Assembly: GCA_033442325.1 (NCBI GenBank)
Contig: JAWQFM010000011.1
Location: 53,906 to 117,905, forward strand
From: Salpingoeca rosetta
Taxonomy: Eukaryota > Protista > Choanoflagellata
Length of the DNA stretch: 64,000 bases
Direction of reading: 5' to 3'
Shown here: positions 37,958 through 51,431 of the stretch, piece after piece
Numbering within the stretch: the stretch's first letter is position 1
How the letters are laid out: every line of letters starts with the position of its first letter
Made by a program: the position numbers and the translations under genes
Notes under the pieces: generated by a model
The model's input: the letters and a program-made list of their open reading frames with translations, nothing else
Told to the model about the DNA's origin: nothing
The model's database searches: none

Positions 37958-38787
37958 AAACACACACGCACACACACACACACTCAAACACACACGCACA
38001 CACACACACACACAATTGCCCACAAACTCACTGTTGCACGGGGTCGTCTGCCGCCGTCTGCTGCTGCTGTTGGCCGTTGCTCGTCGCTGCAGCCGTTGCT
38101 GGATTACTCGGCATGGGTGCTGCCATGGATGGCACAGCAACCGGCGACTGCTGGTGGTGCTGAGGGGCGCCACCTGCTGCTGCTGCTGCTGCGGGGAGCT
38201 GCGGTGCCGGGTGGTGCAGCAGCGCGGTTGCGTCACTGGCGCCGTCCTGCCGCGTGTCCATGGCCGTGGTCGTGGTTGGTGCTGGCGGCGGGACAGCCGG
38301 ACGGGAGGGGAAGTGCCGCACAAACAGCAGCTGGCGGGGGATGCTGAGGTCGTGCTCGTCCTCAACGTGCTCCGGCTCCGGCTCAGCAAGCTCGTTCAGC
38401 GCGTCGTAGGTCGGGTGTGTGCGGTCAAAGATGACCCTGCGAGGGAAAGGGAAGGGAAAAGAGAGGCAAGAAAAAAGACGGGGAAGAAAGCGCAGACAAA
38501 CGCATGTATCACACCACCGAAGATGTGAGCAAAGGTGCGACTGTTCGCGACGAGAGCACAGACAATCAGAAAACCAAGTAGTCCACTTGAACGTTCACAC
38601 ACACACGCAAACAAACAAACGCGCACCTGCCACCGCGACCGATGCGACGGCGGCAAAAGCCGCGAAGGAGTGGAACACGACGAGAGAGGGACGGTGGGGT
38701 GACATGGCCAGGCAGTGCGTCATAGTGGCTGAAGCGGCCCTTGCGGTTGAAGCACATTGACTGTCGAGACAGCGGCTGGTTGCAATA

Positions 38788-38860
<73 letters not shown>

Positions 38861-39708
38861 GGGTGAGCGGTTGCACGGGGAGCGACGACAACGATGTGAA
38901 GTCAAGCACAACCGCACCCTCATGCATGCGCAATGGCCCGTATCCATCCGCGACATTTGTTCACAAGCACACGTCGCAGAAAGCTACCGCCAGCCTGACG
39001 TACAGCGTGGTAGTAGACGTTGGTGCGGCGGCGGAAGCGGTAGGGGTCATCGCGTGCGTACTCGGGCTCTGTCACCGCCGACGTGTCCACATACACAAGC
39101 TCGTCCTCTTCCTCCTGTGCAGCCAGCGCGCCCGGTCGAGACACACGAGTGAATAGCATGCGGGATGAAGAGGATAAGGGAAGAGAGGGAGAAGGAATGG
39201 TCGCTCGCGCAGTGCACATGCGCAATGCACACAACGCACAAGGTGGGTGCAAGCGCTGACCAGACACAGGCAAACACAGCCCCCACCCCACACCACCGCG
39301 ACCCGCACACACATGACGCACCTTTGGGCGTCTTTTCTTGAGGCGCTTGGCGTCGAGCTGGTTGATGGCGCCGAGCTTGATCTTGAGCGAGACCTTGGGC
39401 GGCGCCATGGGCTTGCCGGGTTTCTGTGCTTGTTGTTGGTCTGCAGCGAGCGTGTCAGCGGCGGCAGCAGCACCCTTCTTCTTTTTCTTCTTCTTTTTCT
39501 GTGCCCTAATGGCCTGCTCGTGTGCACCCATCAACGCACTTTTTTCCGACGTGGGTAGGGCGGCCTGCTTGGGCTGTTGCGGGGTCGGCGGCGGCTGCAG
39601 CCACGGCATGCACTCCCGCAGCAGCTGCCCAGAGTAGTCCTGCGCCGCATACCTGCAAGCAAGAAAACAAGGGTGGTTTGGTGGTTGCTGTGAGATGACG
39701 GCGTGGCA

Positions 39709-39769
<61 letters not shown>

Positions 39770-41852
39770 GCTCGATGAGTCGCAAGAAGCGTTCGCCCTT
39801 CGTTTCATTCACGCACGCACTCTCACACCCCGCCACCGACCTGCAGCGCAAGACGCGGATCTCCGAGTCGACAGCGCGCGCCTTTGCGTCCTCACGCTCC
39901 ATCATCAGCCGCAACATCTCCCTGCACGCGGTGAACGCAGGTAGGCGTACACGCACCGGTCGTGGCATTGGCAGAGGTGTCAGCGATGACAGGATGCGCG
40001 AGAGCAAAGCAGCAATGGGTGAGCAGGTGTGCGTGTGTGTGTGTCAAAGTGGTAGCGAGGAACAAACCTTGCGGCGCCAAGGTCTCTGCGCAGCTTCAGC
40101 ATGTTCATGAAGTGGGCCTCGTTTTGTTGGCGGTTCTGTGCACACCAATAATTATGAGCAAACGGGTAAGCCAGTACAAATGCGAGCAAGTGGGAAGGGT
40201 GAGTGAGTGAGTGAGTGAGTGAGTGAGTGAGTGAGTGAGTGAGTGAGTGAGTGAGTGAGTGAGTGAGTGAGTGAGTGAGTGAGTGAGTGAGTGAGTGAGT
40301 GAGTGGGTTGAGTTGCAAGGCAGTTTGTTGGCGTAGCAACCAAGTGCTCAGGAGCATGTTGTGCACACACGCACTAATACACAACAAGTTTAAAACGCTG
40401 CACACATACACCTCCACACACCCACACACCCACACACACACCTTTCTGGTCTGCATGCGCTCGACACGGCGACGGAAGGCTATGTACGGATCGCCCTTTG
40501 ATGAGGCGTCTGGCGCAGAAGTCTTGATCCGCGGCATCAACGTCTCCGCTTTCTGTGGTGCAACCCGTGTATGCACGCACGCATGGCGAAGGTGTGAGTG
40601 CCGAGGGCGAGCCAACACGCCAAGGTTAACCCGTAACCACACCCAACTCAAGCAGCAAGCACCGCAAGCACCACAAACACGCACGCGCAGGTACATGCAA
40701 GAGAGTGACTGACCACTTGGCCCAGGCGGCGAACGTAGTGTTGGTAAATGGGGTGGAGTGTGTCCTTGTCCAGACCAACAACGTCACATATTCGATCCAT
40801 GGTCATCTGTGGCCGTTGCACATTTCGTGTGGATTGATGAGGGGTGAGAGGAGTGGCTAAACGTCTTCCACTTGCTGCCGCGCTTGGAGATCCAAGACAC
40901 GTCTTGCACCCTGAATACACACCAACACGCCACCCTTCACCTACACCCACACCGACACCCACACGCAAACAAACATGTGGGCACATGCAAACTCATCCAC
41001 CGTGCGTGCACGATGAACGTACGGGGTAGTGTTTCTCGATGGCATCCATCTTCTTCTCAAACTCCAATTCTGCCATTGGCTCCCTGCGAACACAATGCGT
41101 AATGCGGTGCACGAAGAGCAACAACACAGCCTTGTGCGTGAGTCAACGGATACTACAACGCCAGCAACAGGAAGCGCGCTGTATGCTGCGGTGGCAATTC
41201 ATCTGCATCTTCGCCACATTCGGTGCTCAAGACACAGGGGCATTGTATGGCATGTCATGTGTGGGCGCTTCAAGCAGACGTACGTTCTGTTCTTGTTAAA
41301 CTCGTTCAGCCACTCTTTGTCTTCCTCGTCCATGTCATAGTCGGGAGGTTGTTCCTCAAGAGTTGCCAGCACTATGACCACGCGACAGTGCAAGTACGTC
41401 ATGAGGCATTGCGCTTGCTGGAAGGGGTGGAGTGGCACGCGAGGAGGCGGTGCACGCGAACCAGACGAAAAAGAAACGAAACCAGACCAGCACAAATGCA
41501 ACACAGCCCACAAACCAAGACAGAGCCAACGCAGGACTTACGGCTCGGTTTGATGTATGTTGATGGGAGCTTGTAGTCTGGTTTGTGCAGTTGCTTGAAC
41601 AAGGGGACGCCGTGGGTGATTTCGGGGATTGGGATTTCGAGGTTGAGCTGGGCCAGCGCACCTTTGCGGTTCTTCTGGTCGATGATTTGTTTCACATGAA
41701 TCTCCTGCACGCATTTCACGCGTTTGCGTTTGCGTGTGTGTTTCGAGCGCGTGTCAGTTGATAGCGGGTGGGTAGTGCGGGGAGTGAGAGACACAGAGGG
41801 AGGCAGAGAATGAGGGAGAGGACAAAAAGGGGGTGGGGGGAAGGAGGGAGGG

Positions 41853-41891
<39 letters not shown>

Positions 41892-42232
41892 GCGCGCGCG
41901 GAGATGAAACGACCAAAACAGCGACAACACACACACCAAAAACAGGCTACTTGAAGGGCTTGCGTGTGGGGTGTGGAAAATTTGTGGGTGGCAGTGCGAA
42001 AACACGGGTATGGATGACGCGATCAAGCTTCAAGGACCGTTGCGAGACAGGCTGCGAGCACAGTGGACGCGCTCACCTCCTCTTCCTCCTTCTCCATGCC
42101 AGTGGGCATGTCTGGGACGGCGCGGCTCAGCGCCGCTGTCTCCAGCAGCACATCTGGGTGGTCTTCCTCGCGGTAAATCGGCAGCGGCTTGTTGTGGTCA
42201 AGCGCTTTTTGCCGAAAGCGGATGCTGCTCAT
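37636..42232 (-). CDS. EPC1: Enhancer of polycomb (EPC/Epl1, NuA4 subunit), multi-exon; 3' end at 37636 if the last intron is spliced, otherwise 38028
   Basis: EPL1 domain motifs MSSIRFRQKALDHNKPLPIY, RAVPDMPTGMEKEEEE, PDYDMDEEDKEWL, DPYIAFRRRVERMQTRK and MLKLRRDL. Later DPYRFRRR...RIRYGPLR(G)...VIFDR resembles the E_Pc_C region. Confidence 0.92.
40200..40304. repeat. (GAGT)n tetranucleotide microsatellite in an EPC intron
   Basis: Directly visible. Confidence 0.9.
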
Positions 42233-43387
42233 GGTCCAAGGCTATGAGTCAGCACTACTGACGAGGCCACACGGAACAAAAGTTGGTGTGTGTGTGTGGG
42301 GGGGGGGGGAAATAAGCGCTTGCTGGTGGGTAACGTGTCAAACAAGAGCGCGTTGTACATGGACCAGCTTGAGCCAGTATAAGACAGGAGGGGACCAACC
42401 GCTGAGGAAGGAAAAAAAAAGTTTGTCGACAAAAAGAAAGGCGGGCTTGGCGGGCGGCAAGCCGCCAACAGTAAAGGGGGTTGGGAAATGCGCAGATGAG
42501 CGCCTCAACTCGCTGTCAAAGGGTCCACACAAAGGAAAGGGGTGAAGGGAAAGGAAGGGTGTTGGGGAGAGGAAAGCGGTGTTGGGTCCACGATGGAGGG
42601 AGCCCCGGGGTCACCAATGGGGGAAGGGATGCACACCGGGCGCAGCAAGTGTGGGCGGGTGGCCGATAACGGCCAGCAAGCAAGCGAGCGAGAGCGAGGG
42701 TGAGGGTCTTGCACCAACAACCCTGGTTTTGGCGGGCTTGCAAGCACCGCGTGCGTTCGTCGATGTACGATTCGCACAGGGAACACACTGCAGTGCGCAC
42801 AAAACCACGCAAGCGACGTATCCACCAAAGCAAAACTGGCAGAAATTTCCAATTCGCTCAGGGTGGGGAAATGTACATTTGCGGCCATTTGGATCAACGA
42901 AAAACCGCCGCAACGGAAACATGCCGCGAGAAACTCGAAAACCGCGCGCCTGCTCCTGTTTTGTTTGTGTGTGGTGTGTTCGTGTGTGTGTTGTGTGTTT
43001 GTTGTGTGTGTGTTTGTTGTGTGTGTGCGTGTGTGTTGTGTGTGGATGTGTGTTGTGCGCGCGTGTGTGTGTTGTGTGTTGTGTGTTGTGTGTTGTGTGT
43101 GTTGTGCGCGTGCGTGTCGAGGATGAGAAAGACTGTCAGGAAGCAAAAGGAAACAGATAGACAGCGAGGCAAATACAAACGACGATCATGATGGAGTGAT
43201 GGAGTGATGGCAAGACATCAGCAACAAGTACATACGCGGGCGCGCACACAGACACAAACACACACATGCACAGAGACACAAAGACAAAAACACACACAAA
43301 AACACAAAGAGGCACAAACACACACAGACACAAACATTCACAAACACACACGCAGAACACAACAAACACACCAAAGAGCAAAGACGC

Positions 43388-44457
43388 GCGCGGTGATCTG
43401 CCATAGCCATGAAGGGCTCCCGTTGTGCTTGCAGCCTAGTCACAGAGCACAAGTGAGCATTCACGCACAGCGCATGGCTTTCCTCCTTTCCTCACGGAGC
43501 AAAAGCAGCAGACCTCAAACAGCAACAGCGCACGCAAGGGAAGAAGGGCCGTTGGCCCTTTTGACTTGACTGACATGGAGAGCAGCGAAGCGACGTCCTC
43601 GGGGGTGTTGGATTGGATGGCGTCCAATCAACAGTGTCAAACGGTCACTTCGCCGAGCGCGATGAGCAGCGTGCTGGGCACTGCCTTGGGAATGCTACAA
43701 GCCAGACAAGCAACAAGGGTGCTGTGAGCAAGTGACACCGCAGCGCGAGACTGCGTGATCTCGGCAGTAGACTTGTGTGACTGTGCGTGCATGTGTTGTG
43801 TGCGTGTGTGTGTGTGTTGTATGTGTATGTATGTGTTGCGTGTGTGTTGTATGTGTATGTATGTGTTGTGTGTATGTATGTGTTGTGTGTATGTATGTGT
43901 TGTGTGCGTGTGTATGTGTGTGTGTGTGTGTGCACGCACCAGTTCGGATAGCACGGCGTGACAGCAGATGACCTGATGACAGACTCAGTGTGGCCGTTGA
44001 GCAAACCCCAAGCAAGGAGTGCGTGACACAGTATCCAAGCCACAACCCCAAAAGTCTAAAAGCTGACCGCAAGCGCATGCCATCTGAGGAAGGCGAAGGC
44101 TGTTGAAACATGCGAAGTGTGAGAGAGAGAGAGAGAGTGTGTGTGTGTGTGGAAGCGTATGTGTGTATGTGTGTTTGCGTATGTATGTGTGTGGAAGTGT
44201 GTATGTGTGTGCGTGTGTGTGAGTGTGTGTGGAAGTGTGTATGTGTGTGTGTGTGTGAGTTGTGGAAGGTGGGATGCTTGCTTCTTCCACGCTTGCTTGC
44301 TGGTTTGTGCCCTGAAGCCTTGAAGTAGGGACAACACAAACATACACACACCAGACCTTCACCTTGAGGTCAGCGGAGAAGAGGCGACTCGCACTTGAAC
44401 TGCAAGCCTAAGCACTGCCTCCTCCCTCCATTCCTCGCTTCGCGCCATGGTGGTCAT
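43388..44457 (-). other. Putative small spliced gene or pseudogene divergent from RDM1; structure uncertain
   Basis: ATG-initiated MTTMARSEEWREEAVLRLAVQ followed by a GT, and several short GC3-rich GT-AG-bounded segments (FAFLRWHALA, VICCHAVLSEL, IPKAVPSTLLIALGEVTV*HC*LDAIQSNTPEDVASLLS, LQAQREPFMAM). No recognisable family. Confidence 0.3.
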
Positions 44458-44598
44458 TGTCGCGTGTGGTGTGGGGGCTGTCATGTTATTGTGCGCCGCG
44501 AAACTTGAAAAAAAAAATCGCTCACATCACAGCAAGCAAGCAAGCAAGCAAACAGGCAGAAACAGGTTGTGGCCGTTGGCGAGTGGTTGGTGTCGGAG

Positions 44599-45421
44599 AT
44601 GGAGATGGAGGTGGGATCGCAACAGAGAGGTGCGACAGCTGCCATGCAGCGACAAGGCGCCGCTGGTGACGGTGCAAGGACTTGTGGTGAGGAGGAGGGC
44701 GATGTGGAGATTGTGGAGTTCACCTGCGACGACAGTGGCAAGAACTTGCTCGTCTCCAACCTCGACCCAAACGTACGGGATGTGTTTGTGTTGTGTTTGT
44801 GTTGTGTTTGTGTTGTGTTGTGTTTGTGTTGTGTTGTGTTGTGTTTGTGTTGTGTTGTGTGAGTGCAGGACGACTCGACAACACTCAGTACGAGACTCAA
44901 CCTTCATCACACACCAACAGGTTCACTTTGCAGACTTGCAGCGCATCTTCTGTCGGTTTGGCTTGCTGCGTGAGATTCAACTCAAAGAGGTGCGACAGCA
45001 TTGCTTCACTGCGGCTTCTCGCTCGCTTGTTCACTTACACTCAAAACCGTCTCACACGCTGCCTCGTGCGCTTGCTGCCCTCAGCCTGGCGAGTTTATGC
45101 TCACCCGCTTCGCCTTTGTCAAATTCTGCAGCAAATACGAAGCCAGGTACACATGTCTACTATGTGGGTGTGTTGGCGTGTGAAGGGGGGAGCTAGTGTG
45201 AGTGTGTGCTCTCGTGTCTGTGCTCTCGTGTCTGTACTTGTCAACGCACATACACACACATTTGCAAACACTCAAACACACACATGTGCAAACAATCAAA
45301 CACACACACATATGCAAACAAACAAACACGCACGCACGCACACACACGCACACACACACACACACACGCACACACACACACACACACACACGCACGCACA
45401 CACGCACGCACGCACACACGC

Positions 45422-45455
<34 letters not shown>

Positions 45456-46925
45456 CACACCCTTTTTGTTCAGGAAAGCCAAACGTGCAGTGCACCGCCG
45501 TGTGAAGCTGCGAGGACGCTACGTGCACGTGAGCATGTGCACGCGAGAGCGCAAGTATGACATCCCGCTCTCCCCGTCCTTCTCCGTGTCCATGCTGCAC
45601 CACTACCTCGGTGTTGGATCTGTCAGCATGGAGGTGGCATATGTGGACCAGGCGGCACTGCGCCACACTGCGTTTTCCTTCTTCGCACAACAACAACAAC
45701 AACAACAGCAGCAGCAGCCAGCACAACGGCAGCGCGGTCGGCAAGCAGCACCAGCCATGCCACAAGCACCCGCAGCCAGCCAACGCCAATATCACTCACA
45801 CAACCTCTCCCCGGTGTGTGCGTGTGTGTATGTGATGGGGGACTTTTCTGTACGAGCATGTGGCTCATGCTAGCTTGCTTGTATCGTGGCTGCACGAGCG
45901 TATCCACGTCATATGTGTTGTCTGTGTCGGTGTTCTTGTCAAAGATGCAGCAAGTGCCATCCCTATGCTCTTCCTTCTCTCACATGCGGTATCACACCAT
46001 CACCACACGACACCGTTTCTGCTGTGTTGACAGGCCCAGGCCGAGGAGGTTCACGCCGCCCTCACGAGCCACGCGCACGAAGACCGCAACCACAGCCCGC
46101 CCCACGAACACACAGCTGCCACTGCCAACGGCGACACGAAACAAGATGAGGCAGAGGCAGTGGAGGCAGAGGAGGACACGCTGCTGATTGTGGTGTGCGC
46201 CCACGTGACCACGTTACCATCACCGGTGTACGGCGGGTGCCTGCAATCCATGCTGCCAGACTTGCTGCAGCGGCAGGTGCGTGCGCCGTTCACCCCCACG
46301 CGCTGCCTGGAGGTCGCACACAAGCTTGCCCACACCAACGCCGCCAAGAACGTCTTTGAGCAACTTCGCCTCGTGCGTGTGTACAGCGGTGCACGTGCTG
46401 TGCGCTGGGTGCCGGCCATTGCACCGCTCCCGCCGTCCCGCCTACAGCGCCTCATCCAGTCGTACCTGCAGCTGCTGGAGCACGGGCCAGCAACGGCAGA
46501 CACCATCGTGCGTGCAATTGAGCGCGCGTGTGTGAGTGTGTTTGTGCGTGAGTGTGTTTGTGTGTGTGTGTGTGAGTGTGTGTGTGAGTGTGTGTGTGTG
46601 AGTGAGAGTGAGAGAGAGAGTGTGTGTGTGAGTGTGTGAGTGAGTGTGTGAGTGTGTGCGTGTGTGAGTGTGTGAGTGAGTGAGTGTGTGCGTGTGTGAG
46701 TGTGTGTGTGTGTGCACTTCACCTGCCTCTCTGTGCAGTCACCGCGTGTCTCCCTAACACCATCACATCGGCTCATAACGTTCACGACTCACCCATCTCA
46801 CCCCTCGTGCCCGTGGCTGCGGTTATTTTCAGATTGATCCGTTTGTCGACGTTCCAGACGACCATGACGACGGCAATGACGATGCAGGCGAAGGTGAAAG
46901 TGAAGGTGACGGCGACAAACTGTGA
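44599..46925 (+). CDS. RDM1: RDM1-like protein (RRM plus RAD52 motif)
   Basis: [41 protein letters not shown].../[19 protein letters not shown]...[15 protein letters not shown] and [25 protein letters not shown] parallel RDM1 as recalled (KTLLVWEL, FSQFGLL, IKFYS, LANYYFG, AQKLAIQKALSDAFQKLLIVVLESG). Confidence 0.75.
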
Positions 46926-46973
46926 CTTTGTCGGCAATGGCCAGCGGTGCAACACACACGCACATACGCACAT

Positions 46974-47062
<89 letters not shown>

Positions 47063-47658
47063 TACGCACACGCACACACACACACACACACGCACATACG
47101 CGCACACACCACACGCAGACATAAACACCTACACCTTCTTGCCCTTCATCTTCTTCTCTCTTCTCCGACCTAGTGCCCGTGACTCTACTGTTTTGCTCCT
47201 GTTCCTGACTATTGTGACTGCTGCCCCTTCCTCCATCCACTTGCCCCACCGGCTTCAATCGAGTGTGTTTCGATCGTGGCAATGGCCGACAGCGTGGTGT
47301 ACTTGAGCTACAAAAATATCTATACACATGTGTGCGTGGTTGAGCTACCAACCTAACTGACCCAGTAAACGGAAACATCCAACAACGAAAGACAACCGAA
47401 AAAGCTGCAGGTACAACACGTTTGCTGTGCTCCCTGTCGTACCAAAAGGCAATAATATGTACAGCCAGTGCAATGGTTTGCATGTGCGCACATTACTGCA
47501 GTGCACCTGGGGTTGATGCAGCGAGTGCATGAACACCACGAAGCTAAAAACCAGGCATGCACTCACCACTCTCGTATTCACACTTTAACCACGCGACCCA
47601 CCACCATCACCACCACCTCCAACTATTACATCCCTTTCCTTCATTCTCGTTATCGCTG

Positions 47659-50444
47659 CTATCTCATCTCGAGCTTGCGCGTGTGTGCGTGTGCGTCGTC
47701 GTCTTCAATTCTCGATCCGTCCCCCTCAGCTTTCAGCTCCACATCCGCTGTTCAGTCGCATGCACATGAATGAGCAAGGAAGTTGAGTTGAGTTGAGTTG
47801 AGTTGAGTTGAGTTGAGTTGAGTTGAGTTGAGTTGAGTGAAAGAGTTTGGAAGCGCAGAACACTCGCTATGATTCACAAACGCTGCGTGGGTTTGTGCAT
47901 GTGTACAAGTCATCACTCACATGTGTCTGCAACGAACGATGCGTTGAAGACGTGCTGTTGCGTGTCATCTGTCAGCGAGTACATGCGCCCATCGTGCCGC
48001 TTGCGGTCTGTTGCACGCAGCGAAGGCGCAATGGGTGCGTGGAAACGAGTGTGTGCGAGTGTGTGCGAGTGTGTGCGTGTGTGTGCGTGCGTGTGTCACC
48101 GAGTGTACAACATTGTTGTTGTTTAAGTTGTTGTTTAAGTTGTTGTTTAAGTTGTTTAAGTTGTTGTTGTTTAAGTTGTTGTTGTTGTTGGTGGTGGTGG
48201 TGGTGTGATTGTTATAAACACAGCAAGCACCTCACATTCCTGGTCGCAGGGTGTGTGCAAGCGACAGCAACAGGCATTGCACGTGCTGCGCACCTGGAAC
48301 GCTCATGGAGACGAAGAGCGCCACAAAGACGGACACACACCCAATCAGGAACGGGCTTCCGGGAAACGGAACAAGCGGCCGGTTGCCGCCTTCCTGATCC
48401 AGCGGCACCTCCGTGTACTGAATTGGTGGCACGTGGCAGACGACGTGTCGTGGCAAAATCGTGTGTGTGTGTGTATTTGTGTGTGAGTCAGTATTTGTTT
48501 GTTGGCAAAGGAGGTGAGTGGAAAAGGGTGGCGAACGAGGTGGTGTTCATCTACTGGACAGTGTGCATGCGACACGTGAGAGCATCACCACCATCACTAT
48601 CCATCACGCCGACCTTCACTCGCACCACCACCACCACCACCACCACCATCGCAGACCTGGAAGAGGGCGCCAAAGACGGCTGGGCCGAGACCCGTGCACA
48701 GGCTGCGAATCCCGGTCACCATGCCTTGAACAGCACCCTTCATGGTTGAAGAGACGGTGGTGATGAGCACAGGCATTGGAGTTAGAGCTTGGGGTCGGCT
48801 TGAACGGGGATGTAAACACACAAAACATACGCACACACGCACATAACACACACACACACACATAACACAGACAGACACAGACACAGACACAGACACAGAC
48901 ACAGACACAGACACAGGCACAGACACAGACACGCAAACGCGCGAACAAACCCACACAGCGCACCTGCTGGCCTGGCGCTGCTGTCTGGGAGAGGAGGGCT
49001 GAGACGGCGGGATAGTTAAGGCTGCTGAAGGCGAGCAGCCCGCCCGTCATGAACAGCGCCCACTTGGTCGTCACCACCCCATACAGCGCAAGCTGCAGCG
49101 ACGTGAGATTGGAGACGAGAGGGAGCGGAGGGGAGGGGGAGAGAGTGTGTGCGCGAGTGTAACCGTGAGTGGCGGCGGGAAGAATGGGTGAAGGCGGTCG
49201 ACGGGCATCGCACAGACGGACGCACAAACACGAACACACACAGGCACAGACACAGACACGAACAAGCAAACAAAAACAAAACAAAACAAAAAACCAAAAT
49301 AAACAAACTAACAAGCAAACAAAGCAAAACAAAACAAAACAAAATAAAAGCAAACAAACAAGCACACCAAAGCAAAATAAAAGCAAAACAAAAGAAAACA
49401 CCATCACAGTGGCAGACCTGGCATGCCTGGGCGATGAGGCCGGCGATGATGACGGATTTCTGCGACATGCTGTGGGACATGGTGGACAGCACATACCTGC
49501 AGCACGGACGGGGGTTGAGGTTGCATGCATGGGGGGGGGGAGGTGCACAGTTTGGAATGAGAGAGGAAGAACACAATACAACCCACCAGCACTGATGGGC
49601 ACTCAGTTCAACAAGACAAGGACAAATAGGAGACAGACAGATAGACAACACACGGTAAGACAGACACAAAACGCAGGCACAATACAAGACAAATGCACAC
49701 ACACACACAGACAGACAGACAGACACACACACACACACACACACGAAACATACACACGAAACATACACACGAAACATACACACACACGAAACACACACAG
49801 ACACACACACACACATGAACGAACGTTTGCGCGAGAATGGAGAGGATGCCAACACCGGCAATGAAACCAGCGAGATCGGGCTTGGAGAAGCCGATGCTCT
49901 GCAGATACAGCATCAGGCACTGGTACTGGCCCGCCTCAGGCAGGTAGCTGCAAGGGGGTGTTGTTGTTGTTGGTGGTGGTGGTGTCGGTGTGTGGAGGAG
50001 GTGAGTGTGATAGAGCGTGTGAGTGTGATAGAGTATATGTGAGAGAGTATTTGTGTGAGTATGAGGAGAGGGTATGGATGAGCGAGTGTGAGTGAGCGTG
50101 CGTGAGCGTGCGTGAGCGTGTGTTAGCATTTGTGAGCGTGAGTTTGTCAGACGGTGAGTGAGGATATGTGTGCATGTGTTGTGTACGAGGTGCTCTTCAC
50201 GAAACAGCGGCACTCATGCAAGCGCAAGCACACGGACACACCTGAAGAAGACGATGACCGACCACTTGAGCATGTACACGTTGCTGAACACAACCTGACG
50301 TGGCAGGAGAGAGATTGCAATGCGTGAGAGGTGAAGCATGCACATGCAGAGCAACTGCACGCCCAAAAGAACGCACAGACACACAGACACAGACACAGAC
50401 AGAGACAGATACAGACACACACGCATTCACACACACACACACAC

Positions 50445-50476
<32 letters not shown>

Positions 50477-50656
50477 GCATTCACACACACACACACACGT
50501 GTGCCTCAAGCTCACTTTGAGCGATGAAAACGGGCTGGCAATCTGCCATGAAAATGTTTTCTTCTGCACCTCCGATGGGGGCACGGACTGAGGATGGTGT
50601 TGGGTGCGACGGTCATATGGCTGCAGGTGAGGACGACGACAGGCCTCGAATCAAAC

Positions 50657-50696
<40 letters not shown>

Positions 50697-51349
50697 ACAT
50701 TCGAGGCGTATAAAGCACACAGCGCGTGCACATGCAAATGCAGATACACACAGACACACACACAAGACCCCGGCAGCCAACCGGCTTTACCTCTGGGACG
50801 AAGAGGGCGATGAAGAGGACGTCGATGGCGGCGATGATGGTGCTGACCGCGCAGACGAAATGAACGCCATACAGTGACTGCAGCAGGGAGCCGAGCGCAG
50901 GGCTGATGACAAGGCTGGCAGCAAAGGTGGCGGACACCTGCCCAAACGCCGCACTCCGCTCCTCCTCATTCGTCACGTCGGACACATACGCAAAGACGAT
51001 GGAGAAGGTGACGGCAAACACGCCGGAGAAGGCAACAACTAGCACGTGCCACCACAGGTTGGCGATGAGCAGGAAGGGCAGGGGTAAGCAGGTGGCGCCC
51101 ACAGCAAGGAGGAGGAACCGCTTTCGCCCAGAGGTGTCTGAGAGAGCACCCAGGACCGGCGCACTGAGGAAGGAGAGAAACCCTTTCAGCCCCTGTGTCA
51201 GCCCAAGCACCATCCACTTGCTCTCCGGCCCAAAGAAGTCCGCAAACGCCTGCACGCGCGTGTGTGAATGAGTGAGGCGCGGAATGCAAGGGAGAGAAAT
51301 GTGTGTGTGTGTGTGTCAGTGAGCATGAGAACATACGTCCATGTGAAGA

Positions 51350-51431
<82 letters not shown>

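Noticed and set aside
42505-43146. 213-aa minus-strand ORF upstream of EPC
   Set aside because: No GC3 bias or recognisable motif, and its first third is microsatellite.
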